A stretch of 64,000 bases of DNA, from the NCBI GenBank assembly GCA_951406725.2, contig OX597828.1, forward strand, positions 41,788,001 to 41,852,000, given 5' to 3'. Below, piece by piece: positions 28,912 through 43,023 of this stretch (position 1 is its first letter; the number at the start of each line of letters is the position of its first letter). The notes under the pieces are model-generated. The model saw nothing but the letters and a program-made list of their open reading frames with translations. It was not told the DNA's origin and made no database searches. The translations under genes were made by a program, and so were the position numbers. This DNA is from Octopus vulgaris (Eukaryota).

Positions 28912-29320
28912 GACGTAGGAGTGGTTGTGTGGTAAGTAGCTTGCTTACCAACCACATGGTTCCTGGTTCAGTCCCACTGCGTGGCACCTTGGGCAAGTGT
29001 CTTCTACTATAGCCTCTGGCCAACCAAAGCCTTGTCAGTGGATTTGGTAGACGGAAACTGAAACAAGCCCGTCGTCTATATGCACATATATATATATATG
29101 TGTGTGTGTATATGCGTGTCTGTGTTTGTCCCCCCCCCCAACATCGCTTGACAACCGATGCTGGTGTGTTTAAGTCCCCGTAACTTAGCGGTTCGGCAAA
29201 AGAGACCGATAGAATAAGTACTAGGCTTACAAAGAATAAGTCCTGGGATCGATTTGCTCGACTAAAGGCGGTGCTCCAGCATGGCCACAGTCAAATGACT
29301 GAAATAAGTAAAAGAGTAAA
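28912..29320 (+). mobile_element. SINE family A, full length
   Basis: Complete head, tract and tail. Confidence 0.93.
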
Positions 29321-29417
29321 ACCAAGGAAGATGACTTCTGGAATATTTCTCAAATATAAGGGTAGCCATCTAAGCATTTTTTGGTTTTTGTTTTGTGTTA
29401 GGATATTTATTTACTCT

Positions 29418-29612
29418 TGTTCTTTTACTTGCTTCAGTTATTTGACTGCGGCCGTGCCTGAGCATCACCTTTAGTCTAGGACATATTCTTTGTAAGCCTA
29501 GTACGCATTTCATCGGTCTCTTTTTGCCGAACCGCTAGTGGACAGGGACGTAAACACACCAACATCGGTTGTCAAGCGATGGTGGGGCGACAAACACTGA
29601 CACAAACAACAA

Positions 29613-29682
<70 letters not shown>

Positions 29683-29851
29683 TGAACACTATACAAATAA
29701 TCTTTTCAAAAAACCTTTTCTTTTAATTTTTCTAAATTTAATTGTTTAATTGTTACAGTTGAAAAGTCTCAATGACTGAAACCGGTACTGAAATGTTTTT
29801 TATAAAATTATTTTAGCATTCTCTATCTTGACTTATTTTCCATATATATAC

Positions 29852-29943
<92 letters not shown>

Positions 29944-29947
29944 GTAT

Positions 29948-29996
<49 letters not shown>

Positions 29997-30160
29997 CACG
30001 ACGGGATGCTTTCAGTTTCCATCTACCAAATCCACTCAAAAGGATTTGGTCGGCCTCAGGCTATAGTAGAAGACATTGCCCATGGTGCCATGCAGTGGGT
30101 CTGAACCCGGAACCATGTGCTTGAGAAGCAAGCTTCTTACCACACAGCCACACCTGCGCC
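29418..30160 (-). mobile_element. SINE family A with a secondary insertion (about 29682-29841) in its TA tract
   Basis: Tail module 29418-29610 and head module 29998-30160 separated by microsatellites and an AT-rich insert. Confidence 0.85.
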
Positions 30161-30224
30161 TTATATATTTTTTATTTTATTAATTCTTCTTCTCCTTCTT
30201 CTTCTTCTTCTTATTATTATTATT

Positions 30225-30356
<132 letters not shown>

Positions 30357-30491
30357 GCCCGTTTTATTTACTTTATTTATTTATTGTTTTGGAGGGAATG
30401 GTTGTTGGATTTAGTTTTTAGTCCTTCATATCGAAAGAGCTTTGCGAACACGCCGAATCAGACATTTCTCAAGACTCCTACCTTACTGTAA

Positions 30492-30494
<3 letters not shown>

Positions 30495-30546
<52 letters not shown>

Positions 30547-31600
30547 GATTTGTGCGTGTGTGTATAGGTGTGTAAATGCGCGTGTGTAAGAGTGTGTGTG
30601 TGTGTGTGTGTGTGTGTATAAGAGCATGTGTGTGTTTGGCTAAGTGCGTACGGGCGTTTGAGTACGTGTATGTATGTGTGTGAATGTGCGCACGCGTGTG
30701 AGTGTAGGTGCAGGTGTGTGTTTGTAAGTGCGTGTGTCTATGTGTGTGTGAGTGTGTGGTGTGTAAGTACATGCTTGAGTGTGTGTGTAAGTGCGCGCGT
30801 GTGATTGTGTGTGTGTGTGTGTGCGTAAGTGTATGCATGCGTGTGTGTAAGTGCCTCCGTGTTTGTGTAAGTGCGTGCGTAAGGCCGTGCGAGTGTTTGT
30901 GTGTGCGCGTGTGTAAGTGCATGCGTGTGCACATGTGTGTATGTGCATATGTGTGTGTGTGTAAGTCCGTGTGTGTATGTGTACATGTAAACGTATGTGT
31001 ATGTTTCTGCGTTATTCTCTTTCTATCTGAGTATGTGTGTGTGCGTGTATGTGTGCATGCGAGCGTGTATATCTGTATATGCATATTTGCGGGTATATAT
31101 GCATTTATGTATGTGTGCGTGTATGTATGAGTTTGTGCGTGCGTGTTTGTATGTGCATCCGTGTGTGTGAGTTTGTGCGTGTGTGAGAGTGCGTGTGTGT
31201 GTGTGTGTGTACGTGTATGTGTGTGTGTATGTGCGCGTGTATGTGTGTGTGTGTGTGTGTGTATGTATGTGCGAGTGTGTGTATGAGTTTGTGCGTGCGT
31301 GTGCGTCTCTGCGTGCGTGTATGTGTGTGTATGTGCACGTGTGTGTGTGTGTGAGTTTGTGCGTGCGTGCCTGTGTGTGTGCGTACTTGTGTGTGTGACT
31401 TTGTGCGTGTGTGTGTGTGTGGGTATGAGTTTGTGCGTGCGTGTGTGTGTCAGTTTCTGCGTTAGTGTGTTCGTGCGTGTGTGTGTGTGCGTGCGTGTGT
31501 GTGTGTGTGTTTGCGTGTGTGTGCGTGTGAGTTTGTACGTGCGTGTATGTGTGTGATTGTGCGTGCGTGCGTGTGTGTGTATATATATGTGTGTGTGTTT
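30495..31600. repeat. Long degenerate (TG)n-based cryptic satellite
   Basis: About 1.1 kb of TG/CG/TA dinucleotides with recurring gtgtaagtgc and gagtttgtgcgt sub-motifs. Confidence 0.9.
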
Positions 31601-31993
31601 TAAAATGAGGGCAGCTGTTTTGAATCCTACAGCATTGAGGTTTTCGAGTATTTGAAGCTGTATCTAGCTTCGCCATCATAAGACAGAAATGAGCAGAACG
31701 AGATGAATTAAACAGACACACCCAGTTTGATAGGTCTGGGTACTCGGTGGAGTTACACAGCAAATATGCGTGTGACTGTGTGTGCGTCAGTCAGTGTGTG
31801 TGAGTGCGTGCGGTGTGTGTGTGGTGTGTGAGTGTGTGGTGTATATTAATATAGCTAATTATGTTTGCAAAATTTATGTTTCATGTAAAGATACATCTAC
31901 GCTTGTATGTCTCTGTTTAGGTACACACGCACACAAGCACATACACACGCATCTCTCTCCCTTCTCTCTCTCTCTCTCTATATATATATATAA

Positions 31994-32076
<83 letters not shown>

Positions 32077-32078
32077 TG

Positions 32079-32402
32079 TAGAAAAATACAAACTGGGACA
32101 AGAACGCAAAACATTTAGAAGACGATACAAAAAACACGGACGGGACATTCGAAGCCTTCAATCTTTAGTCAAGAACTGGATCATCCTAGCAATTTCGGCT
32201 GATTAATCTTCAGATTGCTCCGATCCGGCCAGCCCCAAGGAAAAACTAAGCTACGAGCATTATATTTCTTGGAAGAAGGATCGAATGTATACGAAACAGG
32301 GACAGAAAAACGGACGATGCCACACGAATATAAAATACAAAAAACAATAATGGTAAAAACAGGACAAAAACAGCGGGCGTCTTACGACTAATAAACAGTA
32401 CA

Positions 32403-32404
<2 letters not shown>
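32079..32404 (-). mobile_element. (TA)n-embedded repeat, homologous to 45195-45415
   Basis: Shared gcaatct....cagccgaaattgc and gttttgcgttcttgtccca segments. Confidence 0.7.
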
Positions 32405-32466
<62 letters not shown>

Positions 32467-32582
32467 AAATTCACCTAACATATACTTACATATCTATATT
32501 TATATCTACTTGTCTGTCTGTCTATTTATCTGTCTGTCTGTCTGTCTATCTATGTATCTATGTATCTATCTATCTATCAATC

Positions 32583-32699
<117 letters not shown>

Positions 32700-32931
32700 T
32701 AGAGAAAAACCACTATTATGCAATTCAAACAATGATAGACATAAACCAAAGTATAAATAAGAAATAAAAAATATTTTTTAAAACATATAACTAGATCACA
32801 AAACGTAAAAATTGAATAAACAATATATAATATATAAAAAAAACTACGTACGTTTCATGGCTATAATTTAAATTCGAATTACATTTAAATTTAAAACCAT
32901 AGTCACTCTGTAAGTTTGGAGTTATACTCCC

Positions 32932-32999
<68 letters not shown>

Positions 33000-33261
33000 G
33001 GCGCAGGAGTGGCTATGTGGTAAGTAAATTGCTTAACACCCACATGGTTACGGGTTCAGTCCCACTACGTGACACCTTGGGCAAGTAAGTGTCTTCTACT
33101 ATAGCCCCGGGGCGACCAAAGCCTTGTGAGTGGATTTTGTAGACGGACACTAAATGAAGTCCACCGTATGTATGTATATATATGTGTCTGTTGTTGTTGT
33201 CGTGTGTGTGTGTGTGTGTGTATGTTTGTGTGTCTGTAACCTCGCCGCCTTACGTTATAAT

Positions 33262-33324
<63 letters not shown>

Positions 33325-33348
33325 TAATAATAATCTCTAAAATGCTCG

Positions 33349-33401
<53 letters not shown>

Positions 33402-33769
33402 CATTATTATTATTATTATTATTATTATTGTTGCTGTCCACATGGCAATGGGGAAATATGTGTGGTCGGAGATTCTGTTTTGGAAATATTGTTTTAATCA
33501 ACGGAGATGACAGACACTGTCTGAGAAATCTCAATAACCAATAATAATTTGAATATTTTATGGCCTGAGATCAATAAAAGCCATTTTGAGAGTGACAAGT
33601 GACACAGCTGCAATCCAACCTGGAGTTGATGTTTCATTAGAAAACCGCATCAGCTTGGTCAATTCATTTTCTGAGATAGACATTGTTTAAAGACAGAAAC
33701 AAGTGTTTCTAATTTGGGCGCAAGACCAGCAGTTTTAAGTGTAAAGGGCTAGTCGATAGCAATGACCCC

Positions 33770-34346
33770 AGCTATGGGTTAACGAGCATGTGTACCATCC
33801 GCTTGAAACCCAGGCTACGACTGATCCGGTTATCGGCGATGATTTGGTCAGTGAATCCTATGAGACGGTCGACGATCGACGATCGACAGCAAGATAAGCA
33901 GTTACCTATTTCTTTACTACCCACAAGGGGCTAAACACGGAGGGGACAAACAAGGGCAGACAAACACAATTAAGTCAATTACATCGACCCCATGTCGACC
34001 AAGATGAGCAGTTACCGTTCACACTATCCCAGTGTGCATGCATGTGATCAGGGACCACATGTGAACTTGTATTCCCGGTGAAACTCCAAACATGAACTCT
34101 ACACCTCAACAACTAGTAAGAGACTAAGGTTACGCCGTCCACGTTATGTTACTCGCCTGCTCTTCCAGTGGGGCCTTTGTAAAATTTGCAAGCTGGATCT
34201 TTGGGTCGCAGGCAGAAACATTACTCTGCCTGCTGGAACGTTAGGGCTGACCGTCGGATGTGGTCGGCATTCGTGAACGACGTGGTGAACGCGTTGGTCG
34301 GAGCTGGCTTAACCCACCCCGGGTGAATGCCGACGCAAATAAAAGT
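33770..34346 (+). mobile_element. Non-autonomous element with RTE (SR2-like) 3' end
   Basis: Ends ADRRMWSAFVNDVVNALVGAGLTHPG* then atgccgacgcaaataaaagta; contains a SINE C fragment flanked by caagat(a/g)agcagttacc. Confidence 0.65.
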
Positions 34347-34363
34347 ATCGATCCCAGTGATTG

Positions 34364-34582
34364 CATGTCCGGTAAGTTCACCGCAGGGAAAGTTCACCGT
34401 CATCAATTCACCGTTTTTTTTGTTTTCAATAAAATAGTTTTTAACTATTAATGTTGAGATACTACGGATATATTTTCTCGGTAAACTCTTTTCGCAGTGA
34501 CTTACTGTGGTGACTTCGCGGTGAATTGATAGCGGCGAACTTACCCTGCGGTGAATTGATAGCGGTAAACTTACCTGTAGTC
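34364..34582. mobile_element. MITE with repetitive TIRs and 9-bp TSD (Mutator-like)
   Basis: ggtaagttcaccgc repeats face gcggtgaa..tacc repeats; TSD cagtgattg / gagtgattg. Confidence 0.65.
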
Positions 34583-35221
34583 GAGTGATTGACAGATACT
34601 CTATTTTATCCACCAGAGATAGAGGAAGCACAAGGTTTACTTACGCGGGATTTGAACTCAAAACGTACAGCTAGAATAGATACAACATAGTATTTTTTCA
34701 AATGCTCTAACGAGTCTGCTTTTAGTAATCCTGCTTGCTTCATGTTCTTGCTTAATGAGGTTGGGGTCATCGTAGGTTAGTGGTTCCAGAGATGCCAACA
34801 TGCGCAGAACTGACCAGGCCCACCATGCTCTCCATCACTTGTGGTCTCGTACCAGCTTCTCTGCATCCTCCGAGGTAACGTCGGGTCCCTGAAAGTCTTC
34901 CGTAATCATGTCCTATAAAAATAAAGGTAATGAACGGTATACTGGCTTTGTGGCTGAGGACACAATTATTCTTAGCTCTTAGAAATAAAGAGCCTTCGTT
35001 TGAATTAAGTTTGGTCACATGCTCATAATCGTAGACACGATTAATTGTGTGGTTAAGGAATTCAATTCGTTCACGTCATAACCGTGTGATTCCAGGTTCA
35101 AGTTCACTGCACTGTGCTGTGTGTTTGAATCTCATTGCTTCATTACAAGTCTAAGTTGGTTTATACCTATGTAACCTAGCAGTCTGACCAAAAGAGAATA
35201 ATAGAATAAATACCAGACTTA

Positions 35222-35270
<49 letters not shown>

Positions 35271-35295
35271 TATTTAGTCTGTATTATTCTATTAT

Positions 35296-35359
<64 letters not shown>

Positions 35360-35362
35360 ATG

Positions 35363-35429
<67 letters not shown>

Positions 35430-35474
35430 ATGTATATATATATGTATGTATATATATATATATATATATATATA

Positions 35475-35990
35475 AGAAGATAGAATGGAGATAAGGAAGT
35501 TAATAAAGGTTTATTAACAAATTGGTCATCTTCACTTCTTACAGCCGTTTCAATTAATACTTAATAAATTAATTACAAATTTGTATATTAAATTTACATT
35601 TATGCGACGTGTATAATTTCATCATAAAAAAAGATGTACCTTTGGATGTTATATGAGGGCCTATCAACATCCCAGGTTACTTTTTTTCCCTCTGATGAAG
35701 TTATACTCATGTCGCATAAATGTAAATTTAACGTATAGATTTGTAATTAAATTATTGGGTATTAATTGAAACAGCTGTAAGAAGCGAGTATGACCAATCT
35801 TTTAATAATAAACAACTATTAACCTACTTATCTCCATTTTCTTTTCTTCTTTAAACTGGATATGAACTATATGCTTAATATACACCTATTGTTTTAGGAG
35901 AATTCAATTCCCCCAAAATACTAGGTATTGAACCAGTATTTCTTTGGATGAAACCATCCCTTCACGAGGTTAATATATCCTCTAATTAAA
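35475..35990 (+). mobile_element. Fold-back pLTR element with hammerhead motif
   Basis: Diverged inverted arms about 35475-35640 / 35676-35850; CTGATGA at 35692, GAAA-cagctGTA at 35768-35779; in (TA)n. Confidence 0.75.
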
Positions 35991-36098
35991 TTATATATAT
36001 ATATATACATACATATCATGGAGGCGCAATGGCCCAGTAGTTATGACAGCGAACTCGCGGTCATAGGATCGCGGTTTCGATTCACACACACACGCGCG

Positions 36099-36164
<66 letters not shown>

Positions 36165-36527
36165 TACATACATATATATATATACGACGGGCTTCTTTCA
36201 GATTCCGTCTACCAAATCCACTCGCAAGGCTTTGGTCGGCCCGAGACTATAGTAGGAGACACTTGCCCAAGGTGCTACGCAGTGGGACTGAACCCGGAAC
36301 CCTGTGGCTGGGAAGCAAGCTACTCACCACACAGCCACTCGGCAGAGAGTTACCAGAGTGACTGAAGAGCCGAGAGTTTCTCGAATGCTTTGTACCACTT
36401 TGGTAAATGGCATACATGAAATTCGCAGCCCTCGAGATCCTTATGTAACTATCTGCCGATTACAAACAAAACGCTGTGTTCCAGTGTGCGTGTATGTGTG
36501 TGTGTATGTACACACACGCAGATTTAT

Positions 36528-36599
<72 letters not shown>

Positions 36600-37634
36600 C
36601 GTAGTATATCTTAATCTGTCTGTAAATAACGACAAATAATGGAAAGTAAAAGAGAAATATTTTCTAAAAAAAAGTAGAAATCGCATCTTCACTAATCTAT
36701 CCATCACCAGAAGCAATAAATGAATAAAAACAAATAAACAAATATACAAACAAACAAAGAACCATTAAAACAAAGAATCATTCAAACAAACAAACAAACA
36801 AACAAATAAATACAAATACAAAAGAATAGAAACGGCAGAAACAAACACATATGACGCCTTCAACCCAACCTTCACCTTGCACAGGAGTTTTAAGATGCAT
36901 GTCAACAGAATTAGCATTAAAGACCCGTTTATGAATTTCTTAACCAATTCCTACACAACAGGTCAAAACATTATGGTAATGCCAACAGAAAGTTGATGGA
37001 GTAGTTTTGGGGTTTATATTCTCGGATTTTTCTATTTCTTGATTTCTGAGTTTTATTTCTAATATTTTACCATTTTAAAAATTTACCATTGCGACCCATT
37101 GTCGTTGTTGTTGCTTTCGTTGTTGTTGTTATTGTTGTTGTTGTTGTCGTCTTTTACCGCTTCTCGTTATCATTAAGTTTCTTTTTCTTATTTTTTTTTC
37201 TGTTTTGGTTGTTGCTGTTTTTGGTTTTTCTGTTGAATATTCTTGCAGTAAAAGCGAAGCACTCAATCAAAACAGACCAAAAATGTCCAATTTGCGAAGT
37301 CAATCATTTTCTGTTTTTCTGTTTTTACTATTTTTCTGTATTTTTTCTTCCTTTGTTTTTCTTTTGTTTGCCTATCAAGATTCTTATTCATTTAGCTCTA
37401 TCTACATTTCTATCAGAGACATCAGCATCCTCTTACACACACGTGCACACACACACACACACATGCATATTTATGCGTTTGTGTATATATATATATATAT
37501 ATATATGTATGATACGTATGTATCTGTGTATGTATAAAATTTATCGATTATATGTTATTTACATCATATATACATGCGCGTATATATATGGGTATGTATG
37601 ACCATATCATACATATGTGTCCATGTATATATAG

Positions 37635-37669
<35 letters not shown>

Positions 37670-37741
37670 TGTATGTATGTATGTATGTATGTATGCATGT
37701 ATGTATGTATGTATATATATATATACATATATATATATATT

Positions 37742-37774
<33 letters not shown>

Positions 37775-37908
37775 GCACACATGTATGTGGCTGTTTGCGC
37801 ATGTGTGTATATGTACACATATAGGAATATATTTTTGCATGCGTGTTCTGTTATATAAATGCATATACATTTGTACATGCGTGTAAGGTATATAGGTATA
37901 TTAATATA

Positions 37909-38014
<106 letters not shown>

Positions 38015-38158
38015 CACACATACATGCATACACCAATTCATCTCATTTCAATGGCAATTCTATGTGAATTTGAATTTAAAAAGATTAACAAAAAAAAAAA
38101 AATAAATAAAATAAATAAATTTGTAACAATACTGAAGGATGACAAATTTGAAAAGAAC

Positions 38159-38256
<98 letters not shown>

Positions 38257-38700
38257 CACACACACACAGTGATGGAGCCAATCACAGAATATCTTTGACG
38301 AAAAGGTCAAGAGACATTTACCCCAGTAATTCTTGGAATGATTACTCACCATTTCCAGTAAACAGTTGAAGAATTGAGAAATACTTGAGATGAATTATGG
38401 AAATGGTAAAAGAAACAAAAAAAGAAAAAAAAAGAATGACTACAAATGGCTCAAAGAATGTCTACACAAACCTTGAAATACTGTATATCATGCTGAGGAA
38501 ACTTGTAAATCATTCAACTGAATTCTTCAAGACAGCCATTTAAAAAAGAGGCGAATATGGCGTCGACCACAGAAAGAAGCACAATATGTGTAAGGTTAAA
38601 GTGTGGAATAATTGACCACAAAGTCAAAAGTTCTGACTATTTTCTTGTGCTCCTATTCAAGGCATATAACTGCTTATTCGTTTGAAGTTAATGTATTTCA

Positions 38701-39221
38701 TATAGATACCATTAATATTCTAACCTAGAAATAATACATACATGTCGCAGAAGAAAAGAAAACGTGATCAACTACTTCAATTTTTCTGACGCTAAAGGGA
38801 GACAACTTTCGACAAGTTTCAGTCTTATTACAATCTTATTTGCAAAGTAGGACCTTTACTGTTCTTAAATAGCGATATGTGAATCGTTAAATATTTGTTG
38901 AACGGAGACACTGCAGGATTGAGAGGGTTGTTTGATTGTCTCAGCGATATGAAAAAATTCTCTATAGATACCATTAATATTCTAAGCTAGAAATAATACA
39001 TGTCGCAGAAGAAAAGAAGACGTGATCAACTACTTCAATTTTTCTGACGCTAAAGGGAGACAACTTTCGACAAGTTTCAGTCTTATTACAATCTTATTTG
39101 CAAAGTAGGACCTTTACTGTTTTTAAATAGCGATATGTGAATCGCTAAATATTTGTTGAACGGAGACACTGTAGGATGGAGAGGGCTGTTTGATTGTCTC
39201 AGCGATATGAAAAAAAATCTC
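38701..39221. repeat. Tandem duplication of an approximately 260-bp unit
   Basis: 38701-38962 and 38963-39221 are nearly identical. Confidence 0.95.
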
Positions 39222-39814
39222 TAGTGTTGCTGCCACAACGCAACTTGGTCAGTGCACTATGTAAACTGGTTGGTGTTAGGAAGGGCATTGATCTATAGAA
39301 AGTATAGCCAAACTGCCAAGAAGGAACGAACGTAACGGTCCTCTCCAATTCATCTCCTTGGGCAATAACTCCAAATAAAGACTCCGGCCATGACGCTCCA
39401 TCCAACTGGTATCAGCAGGCGTTGATGTGTGGTAAGAAGTTTGCTTCTCAACCATATGGTTCCGAATTCAGTCCCACCACAAGTGTCTTCTACTACAGCT
39501 GCGGGTCGACTAAAGCCTAGTGTGTGGATTCGATAGACAGAAACTGAAAGAAGCCTCTCGCTATTTTCTCTCCTCCCACACCTTTCCGCCGAGTATCGTA
39601 GGCTTGAAACGTTAAAGACTTTTCTATTCTTCCTGAACGTTAAACTAATACACCTACTTATTATTTCCTCACCTGTTTTCTTCTTGTTTTCTGTAAATCT
39701 GATCTCTCTCCTTCTCTCTCTTTGCATATATATATATATATATATATAAGAATTTTTTGCGTAATGAGATAAAAAAAACAAGGCTGTATAGATATTAGAG
39801 CATTTATAGGTGGA

Positions 39815-39870
39815 AGGTCTTACAGCTGTTTCTAGGAGATTAATTAATAATATTCCTTCATCGGAGACGG
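39815..39870 (-). ncRNA. Type I hammerhead motif within a (TA)n-flanked element (about 39750-40195)
   Basis: Reverse strand gtct-CCGATGA-aggaatat...atctccta-GAAA-cagctGTA-agac. Confidence 0.65.
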
Positions 39871-40849
39871 TGTGATAGGAAAAATTAAGTCATAGTTAGT
39901 TTCGATGTGATACAAATAGAGAGTGAGGTGGAGGAAAGAAAATAGATGTAAGATATGTATGGGTATTGAATTCGTAAATCCGTTTTATAGGCATAATGGT
40001 ATATATGCAATATTCCAATATATTTTGAGTAAAATCCAAAAGTCCAACAGAGTTTAATATGAGTCCACCCATATGTAGAGTTTATAAGCAATGTAAGATT
40101 CTCTTAAACATGGTGATTCCCAGTAGAGAATTTATATAGAGTGTAGCAGAGTCAAAGGTTTGTATTTAAACTGACCTAGAAATAGGGAACCAAAATATAT
40201 ATGCGTGTGTGTGTATGTGTGTATTTGTCACCGCTTAGTGTTTTCACGTCGCCATAACTTAGCGGTTCGGCAAATAATAATAAGTACTACTAATAAGTAC
40301 TAAGGCAAATATAATAAGTACTAAGGTTAAATAAGTGCCATGTTTGAAGAAAATAAATGCTGGGTACGATCCATTCGACTTAAAAACATTTGAAAACTTG
40401 ACTTCTTTTTACAAAAGTGTCACGGGACGGGTGGGGGATGGGGACTCCTAGCTTTTCGAATTTAACGGAACTAAAGCTTTAAGCGGATGTAACCGCTTTC
40501 CACGTTCAACCGGTTAATGATACATCCATACTTGCGCCTGTATCATTTTGCCTTGTGTCTGTTACTTGTTTCAGTCATTAGACTGTGGCCATGCTGGAGC
40601 ACCGCTTTGAAGAAATTTTAGTCAAACGAATCGACCCAAGTGCTTATCTATTTTTAAAGCCTGGTTCTTATTCTGTCGGACCCTTTTGCCGAACCACTAA
40701 GTTGTACCTAAACACGTCGATATCAGTTGCGAAACGGAAGTAGGGACAAACACAGACACAATGACACAAACACATCGATATATACCTATATATACGGCGA
40801 GCTTCTTTCAGTTTCCATCTACCAAATCCATACACACGGTTTCTATAGC

Positions 40850-40977
40850 CTTTGTAAGCCTAGTACTTAGGCTCTTTTGCCGAACCGCTACGTGACGGGG
40901 ACATAAACGCACCACGATCGGTTGTCAAGCAATGCTAGGGGGACAAACACAGACACACAAACATACACACACACATA

Positions 40978-41037
<60 letters not shown>

Positions 41038-41221
41038 AATATATATATATATATACATATATACGACAGGCTTCTTTGAGTTTCCAACTACCAAAGCCAC
41101 TCACAAGGCTTTGGTCGGCCCGAGGCTATAGTAGACGACACTTGCCCAAGGTGCCACATAGTGGGACTGAACCCGGAGCCATGTGGATGGTAAGCAAGCT
41201 ACTTACCACACAGCCATGCCT
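40850..41221 (-). mobile_element. SINE family A (a second partial copy lies at 40560-40830)
   Basis: Homology to the 54268 copy. Confidence 0.88.
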
Positions 41222-41552
41222 TCTGTATATTTTCTATAGAATTTAGAGCCAGCACTGAAAGTTACAGTGTTTCATGTATATGAATACATCCATGTAAACA
41301 AAACAATCACAGATAGGAAAATAGGTAATTAGCAAGTAAACAAAAATAAAAAGCAAAGCTCTTGGATGAAAGCCCTTAGCGATAGTTGTTCTGCATTTAG
41401 TTACAAACACTCCCTTCTTGGTGTAATGACTGCAAGTGAACTAGTGACTGGTTAGCTGGATAACGGTAACCATTGATATACGCTGTTGTTTATCAGCAGC
41501 AACTGACACCGATACCGTTAAATCTATTATTCCTTTTGTGGCCCTACCTTTT

Positions 41553-41562
41553 ACTACTACTG

Positions 41563-41657
<95 letters not shown>

Positions 41658-41712
41658 GCTGCTGCTTCTACTACTACTACTACTACTACTACTACTGCTG
41701 CTGCTACTGCTG

Positions 41713-41747
<35 letters not shown>

Positions 41748-41760
41748 GCTGCTACTGCTG

Positions 41761-41804
<44 letters not shown>

Positions 41805-41805
41805 G

Positions 41806-41870
<65 letters not shown>

Positions 41871-41880
41871 GCTGCTACTG

Positions 41881-41927
<47 letters not shown>

Positions 41928-41930
41928 GCC
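41553..41930. repeat. (CTA)n/(CTG)n trinucleotide array
   Basis: Directly visible. Confidence 0.95.
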
Positions 41931-42117
41931 ACCCTCCTTTTAAGGCCATTTTTCTGCTTGACTGACGAATGGCTAGCTTCTTGTGATGTCGTCTGACATA
42001 ATAACCACTGTCACATAGAAGGTCGGAGGTGTGATAGAGATATCGGTCGAAGATCAAATCTAGTGTGATTGTTAAATATTACCCACCTTAACCTCCAACA
42101 ACTCACTCTGTGAGTAC

Positions 42118-42153
<36 letters not shown>

Positions 42154-42617
42154 AGGCAGGGAGATATATTGTCTTTTAGTCTTCCTCTTGTTTACCTTCT
42201 ACTTTCACTCTCCATCTCCCACTCCCTCTCTCAAATATCCATCTTTCTATTTTTATCTATCATCTCACACCTTTTCTCTAGTCACCTGTATATCACTTCA
42301 TTTCTTTCCAATCCATATTTTTATGCGTGCGTGCATGAATGTGTGTGTGTGTATGTGCGTATAGCTTTTTCTTGAATTATAATTTTTTTTACTATAGGCA
42401 AAAACCCTAAAATTTTGAGAGCGATGAGTTGTCGCTAATATCGACCCCATTGCTACTTATTTCATCCATTCCCCAAAAGGTAAAAAACAATGTGGACTTA
42501 CCTGGAATTTGAACTGAAAACGAGTGTTAACATTTCTGCCAGTTCGCCAACTAATTTCGCGTTATAAAATCAATTTTACATTGAAGTGAGGGATTACTCA
42601 ATAACTTTTGCAGAGTA

Positions 42618-42725
42618 CAGTAACCCCTCGACCATCGTAGGTGTTTCGTTCCAAAACCACCCAACGATAGGTGAAAATCCGCGAAGTAGAAACAGTACTG
42701 TACTATATATATATATGTATTATTA

Positions 42726-42799
<74 letters not shown>

Positions 42800-42921
42800 T
42801 GCATATATTTATTTTATCATAAATACAAAACAACACCACAGATAAAACGACGTAAGCTTAAATAATAAACCGCGATAAGTGAACCGCGATAGGTGAACCA
42901 CGATATGGCGAGGGATTACTT
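42618..42921 (+). mobile_element. Tigger/pogo-like MITE with internal (ATT)n
   Basis: TA-cagtaacccctcg ... cgagggattact TIRs. Confidence 0.75.
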
Positions 42922-42967
42922 TGAAGTTTCGACCTACTCGCCCTTCACTGGTCTGCTTGCACACACA

Positions 42968-43023
<56 letters not shown>

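Noticed and set aside
32140-32225. Two hammerhead-like motifs in the 32079/45195 family (gcaat-CTGAAGA...GAAA-ttgc; CTGAGGA...GAA-tgacccgtc)
   Set aside because: Cores differ between the two copies and I could not build stems I and III in a canonical topology.
38343-38440. Minus-strand micro-exon candidate (polypyrimidine...aag, 34 nt, G|GTGAGT)
   Set aside because: Splice-like motifs occur often by chance; no homology or partner exons.
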